Source: Squalus acanthias (lineage: Eukaryota). From it: a stretch of DNA of 64,000 nucleotides. Below the pieces are notes generated by a model. The model ran no database searches, was not told the DNA's origin, and saw only the letters and a program-made list of their open reading frames with translations. Shown one piece after another: positions 41,201-50,179 of the stretch. Location: the NCBI GenBank assembly GCA_030390025.1, contig JASTWF010000366.1, positions 248,001 through 312,000 on the forward strand. The letters run 5' to 3'. A program made the translations under genes and the position numbers. The stretch's first letter is position 1; each line of letters starts with the position of its first letter.

Positions 41201-44200
41201 TGTTTTACGGTAGAGGGCCCCTCTCTCTCTCCGGTCTATTACAGTAGTGGGCCTCTCTCTCTCCTGTGTATTATGGTAGAAGACCCATCTCTCCGGTGTA
41301 TTACGGTAGAGGGCCCCTCTCTCTCCGGTGTATTACGGTAGAGGGCCCCACTCACTCTCTCCGGTGTATTACGGTAGAGGGCCCCTCTCTCTCTCCGGTG
41401 TATTATGGATGGGGCCCCTCTCTCACTCCGGAGTATTACGGTAGAGGGCCTCCTCTCTCTCTCCTGTGTATTATGGTACAGGGCCTCTCTCTCTCTCCGG
41501 CGTATTACGGTAGAAGGCCCCTCTCTCTCTCCTGTGTATTATGGTACAGGGCCTCTCTCTCTCTCCGGCGTATTATGGTAGAGGGCCCTATATCTCTACG
41601 GTGTATTACAGTCGAGGGCCCCTCTCTCTCTCCAGTGTATTAAGGTAGAGGGCCCCTCTCTCTCTCCTGTGTATTACGGTGCAGGGCGCCTCTCTCTCTC
41701 CGGTGTATTATGATAGAGGGCGACTCTCTCTCTCCAGTGTATTACGGTAGAGGGTCCCTCTCTCTGGTGTACTGCGGTAGAGGCCCACTCATCGGTGTAT
41801 GACGGTAGAGGGCCCCTCTCTCTCTCCGGCGTATTACAGTAGTGGGCCTCTCTCTCTCCTGTGTATTATGGTAGAAGGCCCATCTCTCCGGTGTATTACG
41901 GTAGAGGGCCCCTCTCTCTCCGGTGTATTATGGTAGAGGGCCCCACTCTCTCTCTCCGGTGTATTACGGTAGAGGGCCCCTCTCTCTCTCCTTCGTATTA
42001 CGGTGGAGGGCCCATCTCTCTCTCCGGTATATTATGGTAGAGGGCCCCTCTCTCTCTCCGGTGTATTATGGTCGAGCGCCCCTCTCTCTCTCCGGTGTAT
42101 TACGGTAGAAGGCCCCTCTCTCCGGTGTATTATGGTAGAGGGCCCCTCTCTCTCTCCTGTGTATTACGGTAGAAGGCCCCTCTCTCTCTCCCTTGTATTA
42201 CGGTACAGGGCCCCTCTCCCTCTCCGGTGTATTATGGTAGCGGGCCCCTCTCTCTCTCGGGTGTATTATGGTAGAGGGCCGCTCTCTCTCTCCGGTGTGT
42301 TACGGTAGAGGGTCCCTATCTCTCTCCGGTGTATTACGGTAGAGGGCCCGTCTCTCCGGTTTATTACAGTAGAGGGCCCCTCTCTCTCCGGTGTATTACG
42401 GTAGAGGGCCCCACTCTCTCTCCGGTGTATTACGGTAGAAGGCCCCTCTCTCCGGTGTATTATGGTAGAGGGCCCCTATCTCCGGTGTATTACGGTAGAG
42501 GGCCCCTCTCTCTCCGGTGTATTACAGTAGAGGGCCCCTCTCTCTCTCCGGTGTATCATGGTAGAAGGCCCCTCTCTCTCTCCGGTGTATAACAGTAGGG
42601 GCCCGTCTCTCACTCCGGTGTATTACGGTAGACGCCCACTCTCCGGTGTTTTACGGTAGAGGGCCCCTCTCTCTCTCCGGTCTATTACAGTAGTGGGCCT
42701 CTCTCTCTCCTGTGTATTATGGTAGAAGGCCCATCTCTCCGGTGTATTACGGTAGAGGGCCCCTCTCTCTCTGGTGTATTACGGTAGAGGGCCCCACTCT
42801 CTCTCTCCGGTGTATTACGGTAGAGGGCCCCTCTCTCTCTCCGGTGTATTATGGATGGGGCCCCTCTCTCACTCCGGAGTATTACGGTAGAGGGCCTCCT
42901 CTCTCTCCGGTGTATTACGGTAGAAGGCCCCTCTCTCTCTCCTGTGTATTATGGTACAGGGCCTCTCTCTCTCTCCGGCGTATTACGGTAGAAGGCCCCT
43001 CTCTCTCTCCTGTGTATTATGGTACAGGGCCTCTCTCTCTCTCCGGCGTATTATGGTAGAGGGCCCTATATCTCTACGGTGTATTACAGTCGAGGGCCCC
43101 TCTCTCTCTCCAGTGTATTAAGGTAGAGGGCCCCTCTCTCTCTCCTGTGTATTACGGTGCAGGGCGCCTCTCTCTCTCCGGTGTATTATGATAGAGGGCG
43201 ACTCTCTCTCTCCAGTGTATTACGGTAGAGGATCCCTCTCTCTGGTGTACTGCGGTAGAGGCCCACTCATCGGTGTATGACGGTAGAGGGCCCCTCTCTC
43301 TCTCCGGTGTATTATGGTCGAGGGCCCCTCTCTCTCTCCGGTGTATTACGGTAGAAGGCCCCCCTCTCTCTCCTGTGTATTACGGTACAGGGCCCCTCTC
43401 TTTCTGGTGTATTACGGTAGAGGGCCCCTCTCTCTCTCTGGTGTATTACGGTAGAGGGCCCCTCTCTCTTTCCGCTGTATTACGGTAGGGCCCCCTCTCT
43501 CTGTCATATTACGGTGGAGTGCCCCTCTCTCCGTCGTATTACGGTGGAGTGCCCCTCTCTCCAGTCTATTACAGTAGTGGGCCCCTCTCTCTCCTGTGTA
43601 TTATGGTAGAGGGCCCCTCTCTCCGGTGTATTATGGTAGAGGGCCCCTCTCTCTCTCCGGTGTGTTACGGTAGAGGGTCCCTATCTCTCTCCGGTGTATT
43701 ACGGTAGAGGGCCCCTCTCTCCGGTTTATTACAGTAGAGGGCCCCTCTCTCTCCAGTGTATTACGGTAGAGGGCCCTACTCTCTCTCCGGTGTATTACGG
43801 TAGAAGGCCCCTCTCTCCGGTGTATTATGGTAGAGGGCCCCTATCTCCGGTGTATTACGGTAGAGGGCCCCTCTCTCTCCGGTGTATTACAGTAGAGGGC
43901 CCCTCTCTCTCTCCGGTGTATCATGGTAGAAGGCCCCTCTCTCTCTCCGGTGTATAACAGTAGGGGCCCGTCTCTCACTCCGGTGTATTACGGTAGACGC
44001 CCACTCTCCGGTGTTTTACGGTAGAGGGCCCCTCTCTCTCTCCGGTCTATTACAGTAGTGGGCCTCTCTCTCTCCTGTGTATTATGGTAGAAGGCCCCTC
44101 TCTCCGGTGTATTACGGTAGAGGGCCCCTCTCTCTCTCTCCGGTGTGTTACGGTAGAGGGTCCCTCTCTCTCTCCGGTGTATTACGGTAGAGGGCCCCTC

Positions 44201-47200
44201 TCTCCAGTTTATTACAGTAGAGGGCCCCTCTCTCTCCGGTGTATTACGGTAGAAGGCCCCACTCTCTCTCCGGTGTATTATATTAGAGGGCCCCCTCTCT
44301 CTCCCTGGTGTAGTACGGTAGAGGGCCTCTCTCTCTCTCCTGTGTATTACGGTAGAGGGCCCCTCTCTGTCTCCGGTGTACTACGGTGGAGGGCCCATCT
44401 CTCTCTCCGGTATATTACGGTAGAGGGCCACTCTCCGGTGTATTACGGAAGAGAGCACCTCTCTCTCTCCGGTGTATTACGGTAAAAGGCCCCTCTCTCC
44501 GGTGTATTACGGAAGAGGACCCTCTCTCCGGTGTATTACGGTACAGGGCCCCTCTCTCTCCAGTGTATTACCGTAGAAGACCCCACTCTCTCTCTCCGGT
44601 TTATTACGGTAGTGGGCCCTTCTCTCTCTCCGGTGTATTACGGTAGAGGGCCCCACTCTCTCTCTCCGGTGTTTTACGATAGAGGGCCCCACTCTCTCTC
44701 TCCGGTGTATTACGGTAGAGGGCCCCACTCTCTCTCTCCGGTGTGTTACGGTAGAGGGCCCCTCTCTCCGGTGTATTATGGATGGGGCACCTCTCTCACT
44801 CCGGAGTATTACGGTAGAGGGCCCCTCTCTCTCCGGTGTATTACAGTAGAAGGCCCCTCTCTCTCTCCTGTGTATTACGGTACAGGGCCTATCTCTCTCT
44901 CCGGCATTTTACGGTAGAGGGCCCCTCTCTCTCTCCGGTGTATTACGGTAGAGGGCCCATCTCTCTCTCCGGTGTATTACGGTAGAGGGTCCCTCTCTCT
45001 CTCTGGTGTATTGCGGTAGAAGGCCCACTCTCCGGTATATTATGGTAGAGGGCCCCTCTCTCTCTCCGGTGTATTATGGTCGAGCGCCCCTCTCTCTCTC
45101 CGGTGTATTACGGTAGAAGGCCCCTCTCTCTCTCCGGTGTATTATGGTAGAGGGCCCCTAATCTCTCCTGTGTAGTACGGTAGAAGGCCCCTCTCTCTCT
45201 CCCATGTATTACGGTACAGGGCCCCTCTCCCTCTCCGGTGTATTACGGTAGCGGGCCCCTCTCTCTCTCCGGTGTATTATGGTAGAGAGCCCCTCTCTCT
45301 TTCCGGTGTATTACGGTAGGGGCCACTCTCTCCGTCGTATTACGGTGGAGGGCCCCTCTCTCCGGTGTATTACAGTAGAGGGCCCCTCTCTCCAGTGTAT
45401 TACAGTAGATGACCCCTCTCTCTCTCCGCTCTATTACGGTAGTGGGCCCCTCTCTCTCCTGTGTATTACGGTAGAGGGCCCCACTCTCTCTCTCCGGTTT
45501 ATTACGGTAGAGGGCCTCTCTCTCTCCTGTGTATTATGGTAGAGGGCCCCACTCTCTCTCTCCGGTTTATTATGGTAGAGGGCCCCTCTCTCTCTCCGGT
45601 GTATTATGGGCACCTCTCTCTCTCCGGTTTATTACGGTAGAGGGCCCCTCTCTCTCCGGTGTATTACGGTAGAGGGCCCCACTCTATCTCTCCGGTGTAT
45701 TACGGTAGAGGGCCCCTCTCTCTCACCGTCGTATTACGGTGGAGGGCCCGTCTCTCTCTCCGGTGTATTATGGTAGAGGGCCCCTCTCTGTGATGTATTA
45801 TGGTAGCGGGCCCCTCTCTCTCTCCTGTGTATTACGGTAGAGGGCCCCTCTCTCTCTCCGGTGTATTACGGTAGAGGGCCCATCTCTCTCTCCGGTGTAT
45901 TACGGTAGAGGGTCCCTCTCTCTCTCTGGTGTATTGCGGTAGAAGGCCCACTCTCCGGTATATTATGGTAGAGGGCCCCTCTCTCTCTCCTGTGTATTAT
46001 GGTCGAGCGCCCCTCTCTCTCTCCGGTGTATTATGGTAGAGGGCCCCTCTCTCTCTCCTGTGTTTTATGGTAAAAGGCCCCTCTCTCTCTCCGGTGTATT
46101 ATGGTAGAGGGCCCCTCTCTCTTTCCGGTGTATTACGGTAGGGGCCCCTCTCTCCGGTGTATTACAGTAGAGGGCCCCTCTCTCCAGTTTATTACAGTAG
46201 ATGTCCCCTCTCTCTCTCCGCTCTATTACGGTAGTGGGCCCCTCTCTCTCCTGTGTATTACGGTAGAGGGCCCCACTCTCTCACTCCGGTTTATTACGGT
46301 AGAGGGCCCCTCTCTCTCCTGTGTATTACGGTAGAGGACCCCACTCTCTCTCTCCGGTTTATTATGGTAGAGGGCCCCTCTCTCTCTCCGGTGTATTACG
46401 GTAGAGGGCCCTTCTCTCTCTCCGGTATATTACGGTAGAGGGCCCCTCTCTCTCTCCTGTGTATTACGGTAGAGGGCCTCTCTCTCTCTCCGGCGTATTA
46501 CGGTAGAGGGCCCTTCTCTCTCTCTGGTATATTACGGTAGAGGGCCCCTCTCTCTCTCCTGTGTATTACGGTACAGGGCCTCTCTCTCTCTCCGGCGTAT
46601 TACAGTAGAGGGCCCTATATCTCTCCGGTGTATTACAGTCGAGGGCCCCTCTCTCGCTCTCCGTTATATTACAGTAGAGGGCCCCTCTCTCTCTCCTGTG
46701 TATTACGGAACAGGGCCTCTCTCTCTCTCCGGCGTATTACGGTAGAGGGCCCTATATCTCTCCGGTGTATTACAGTCGAGGGCCCCTCTCTCTCTCCGGT
46801 GTATTACAGTAGAAGGCCCCACTCTCTCCGGTGTATTACGGTAGAGGGCCCCTCTCTCTCTCCGGTGTATTACAGTCGGGGCCCCTCTCTCCGATGTATT
46901 ACAGTAGGGGCCCCTCTCTCCGCTGTATTACGGTAGAGGGCCCTCTCTCCGGTGTATTACAGACGGGAACCTCTCTCCGGTGTATTATGGTAGAGGGCCC
47001 CTCTCTCTCCGGTGTATTACAGACAGGTCCCTCTCTCCGGTGAATTATGGTAGAGGGCCCCTGTCTCTCCCCGGTGTATTATGGTAGTGATCCTCTCTCC
47101 AGTGTATTATGGTAGAGGGCTCCACTCTTTCTTCTATGTACTACGGTAGTGGGCCCCTCTCTCTCTCAGGTGTATTACGGTTGTAGGCCCCTCTCTCTCT

Positions 47201-48581
47201 CCGGTGTATTACGGTAGAGGGCCCCCCTCTCTCTCCGGTGTATTACGGTAGAAGGCCCCCCTCTCTCTCTCTGGTATATTATGGTAGTGGGCCCCTCTCT
47301 CTCTCCGGTGTATTGCAGTAGAAGCCCCCTCTCTCTCCAGTGTATTATGGTGGCGGGCCCCTCTCTCTCTCCGGTGTATTATGGTAGAGTGCCTCTCTCT
47401 CTCTCCGTTGTATTATGGTAGGGGGCCCCTCTCTCTCTCTGGTGTATTACGGTAGAGGGCCCTCCTCTCTCTCCGGTGTATTACGGTAGAGGGCCCCTCT
47501 CTCTCTCCGGTGTATTATGGAAGAGGGCCCCTCTCTCTCTCCGGTGTATTACGAAAGAGGGCCCCTCCCTCTCTCCAGTGTATTACGGTAGAGGGCCCTT
47601 CTCTCTCTCCGGTGTATTATGGTAGAGGGCCCCTCTCTCTCTCCGGTGTACTACAGTAGAGGGCCCCTCTCTCTCTCCGGTGTATTACGGTAGAGGGCCC
47701 TTCGCTCTCTCCGGTGTATTACGGTAGAGGGCCCCTCTCTCTCTCTCCGGTGTATTACGGTAGAAGGCACCTCTCTCTCTCCAGTGTATTACAGTCGGGG
47801 CCCGACCCTCACTCCGGTGTATTACGGTAGACGCCCACTCTCCGGTGTATTACGGTAGAGGGCCCCTCTCTCTCTCTCCGGTGTATTATGGTAGAGGGCC
47901 CCCCTCTCTCTCCGGTGTATTATGGTAGAGGGCCCCACTGTCTCACTCCGGTGTATTACGGTAGAGGGCCCCTCTCTCTCCGGTGTATTACGGTAGAGAG
48001 CCCCTCTCTCTCTCCTGTGTATTACGGTAGAGTCCCACTCTCCGGTGTATTACAGTAGAAGGCCCCACTCTCTCTCTCCGGTGTATTACGGTAGAGGGCC
48101 CCATATCTCTCTCCGGTGTATTATGGTCGAGGGCCCCTCTCTCTCTCCGGTGTATTACGGTAGAGGGCCCCTCTCTTTCTCTCTGGTGTATTACAGTAGA
48201 GGCCCACTCTCCGGTGTATTACGATAGAGGGCCCCTCTCTCTCTCCTGTGTATTAATGTAGAAGGCCCCTCTCTCTCTCTCCGGTGTATTACGGTAGAGG
48301 GCCCCTCTCTCTCTCTCCGGTGTATTACGGTAGAGGGCCCTCTCTCTCTCTGGTGTATTACAGTAGAGGGCCCTCTCTCTCTCTGGTGTATTACATTAGG
48401 GGCCCCTCTCTCCGATGTATTACAGTCGGGGCCCCTCTCTCCGCTGTATTACGGTAGAGGGCCCCCCTCTCTCTCTCCGGTGTATTACAGTAGAGGGCCC
48501 CTCTCTCTCTCCGGTGTATTACAGTAGGGGCCCCTCTCTCCGCTGTATTACGGTAGAGGGCCCCCCTCTCTCTCTGGTGTG
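5243..48581. repeat. Giant tandem minisatellite, unit ~28-38 bp, consensus CCGGTGTATTACGGTAGAGGGCCC(CT)n; roughly 1300 units (estimate from length divided by unit size)
   Basis: Continuous head-to-tail units in one orientation. Unit length varies mostly in 2-bp steps in the (CT)n tract. Degenerate lead-in units appear from ~5010 (e.g. TGTATTACGGTA at ~5077, GTGCATTACGGTAGATGAGCCCCTCT at ~5165). Confidence 0.98.
26227..41320. repeat. 7542-bp higher-order tandem duplication within the minisatellite
   Basis: Identical ORF-track peptides at a constant offset of 7542 (26914/34456, 27214/34756, 28164/35706, 29574/37116, 30266/37808, 32828/40370, 33211/40753). Junction near 33769. Confidence 0.93.
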
Positions 48582-48981
48582 CAGGAAACTCTTGTTTAAC
48601 TGGCACCTAAATATCCGGAATTCTCTCTTAACCGGCAAAAATCATACTCCGAAAACTCCTCTCAAATAACCGGCAATGTTGCCGAGTCCGAGTCCGAGTC
48701 TCCCGCGAACGCCGAGTACTCCGAAAACTCCTCTCAAATAACCGGCAATGTTGCCGAGTCCGAGTCTCCCGTGAACGCCGAGTTAGTCAGTGGGGGTAGT
48801 TCTCCAAAGTGCCACTACTCGGCCTCCTGGCGCTGTCGGAAGTCCGAACACGGCAGTAACAGGAGTCTGATTTTTGTTTGTTAAAAATAGCCTCGGTAGA
48901 TATAACTCTCCGTTATCCGGAACTTTTGATCAACTGGCACCACGCCGGTCCCGTCGGTGCCGGATACCAAAGAGTTTCCTG
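48582..48981. mobile_element. 400-bp non-autonomous Tc1/mariner (Tigger/pogo-like) MITE inserted at a TA in the satellite
   Basis: Imperfect 26-bp TIRs: CAGGAAACTCTTGTTTAACTGGCACC versus the reverse complement of the right end, CAGGAAACTCTTTGGTATCCGGCACC. Flanks are TG (48580-48581) and TA (48982-48983). Removing the element restores a GGTGTATTACAGT unit. Confidence 0.85.
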
Positions 48982-49147
48982 TATTACAGTATGGGCCTAT
49001 CTCTCCTGTGTATTACGGTAGAGGGTCCGTCTCTCTCTCCGGTGTATTACGGTAGAGGGCCCCCACTCTCCGGTGTATTACGGTAGAGCCCCCCCCTCTC
49101 TCTCCGGTGTATTACGGTAGAGGGCCCCTCTCCCCGGTGTATTACGG
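48982..49147. repeat. Terminal ~5 units of the same minisatellite, right of the MITE
   Basis: CCGGTGTATTACGGTAGAGGGCCCC units resume after the MITE. The last partial unit CCGGTGTATTACGG ends at 49147. Confidence 0.95.
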
Positions 49148-49400
49148 CCGCGCGGTCTGCTTTCTGCCGCCGCCGCCCTGCTTCACTCTTTTTCTCCCGG
49201 TACAAATGGCCGAGCGCCGTGCCTTCGCCCAGAAGATCAGCAGGTAAAAGATCTTCCTCCCGTCCGCTGCGCAGAACCGTGGCTCCTCCGTGAATAGCGA
49301 GCGGTCGGTACCGGAGGCCTGAGCGCCCCTCCAGCCTGACCCGGCCCAGCCCAGCCCCGCTTTGTGCCCCCGCAACACAATCGCAACGAATACAAATCCA
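49140..49400 (+). promoter_or_regulatory. CpG-island-like 5'UTR/first-exon region of the DOCK7-like gene
   Basis: GC- and CpG-rich unique sequence (GCCGCGCGG, GCCGCCGCCGCC) around the start codon, dropping to AT-rich intron after ~49440. The TSS cannot be determined from sequence. Confidence 0.65.
49206..49243 (+). CDS. DOCK7: Dedicator of cytokinesis 7-like (DOCK-C family GEF), coding exon 1
   Basis: ATGGCCGAGCGCCGTGCCTTCGCCCAGAAGATCAGCAG|GTAAAA encodes MAERRAFAQKIS(R), the N-terminus I recognise for vertebrate DOCK7. 38 nt, phase-2 donor. Paralog DOCK6 cannot be fully excluded from two exons. Confidence 0.9.
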
Positions 49401-50006
49401 GACCAGCTGGACAGTGCAGGACTAATGCTAATGCGCTGCATTCAATAAAATATCATTACAAGGTTGAATGGGACATGTTCGTAAAAAACTACGGAACATG
49501 ATGCAGCGCAGAATGATAGTGATTGCAATTAAATCAGTACCGAGAGTTCCAAACACCGTGCAATAGCATCAAATACAACAACATCGGCAATACCAGCTGC
49601 TGTAATGTGTGGGATATAGTGCAAAATATGTCTCGGGAGAAAGCGCAGCGCTGCACGCAATGCAACTGATGGGATATAATATATTGTATATTAATGTAAC
49701 AGTGCTGGGCATAATCTGCAATCTAAATGCAGTGCGGTATAATGCCAGAGAAAGTACCACAATGGATACAGTGTAACTCACTGGAATACAATCATCTTTA
49801 TTGTATGCTAAATATTATAATATAAAACAATGTGACATACACTAACTATAAATATATACATATATATGTTATATTAAAAAAGATACGCAATTCTATAGTG
49901 TATGTTTGGTCTCTCTGGGTGGATACTCCTGGTTCTGCTATATACCATTTGTGGACTCAATGCTGATACTCAAGTTGTGCACAGGAGAACTTGTACAACT
50001 AAAGTT

Positions 50007-50098
50007 TAAGAACATAAGAAATAGGAGCAGGAATAGGCCATTCGGCCCTTCGAGCCTGCTCCGCCATTCAATGAGATCATGGCTGATCTTCTGCCTCA
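50007..50098 (-). mobile_element. Short CR1 3'-end fragment
   Basis: TAAGAACATAAGAAATAGGAGCAGGAATAGGCCATTCGGCCCTTCGAGCCTGCTCCGCCATTCAAT nearly matches the 3' end of the CR1 at 62072-62156. Confidence 0.8.
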
Positions 50099-50179
50099 AT
50101 TTAAATGTAAGAATATAATTAAACTGCCAAAATATGGGATTTTTACATATTCACATATTTGCAGTAAAATAGTTTTAAG

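Noticed and set aside
5243..48581. CRISPR-like array (30-36 bp partly palindromic repeats)
   Set aside because: There are no unique spacers and no cas genes, and the context is vertebrate.
5309..48669. Well over a hundred ORFs with VYYGRGPLS / RCITVEGPS repeats, suggesting a repetitive protein
   Set aside because: They are translations of the satellite. 2-bp (CT)n indels shift frame constantly, there is no long ORF and no frame preference.
49142..49441. 99-aa minus-strand ORF over the first exon
   Set aside because: It has a non-ATG start, lies in GC-rich stop-poor sequence antisense to the recognisable DOCK7-like exon, and resembles no protein I know.
49440..49800. Recurring ATGCAG/GCAGCG motifs suggesting a decayed minisatellite
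   Set aside because: No consistent period could be established by eye.
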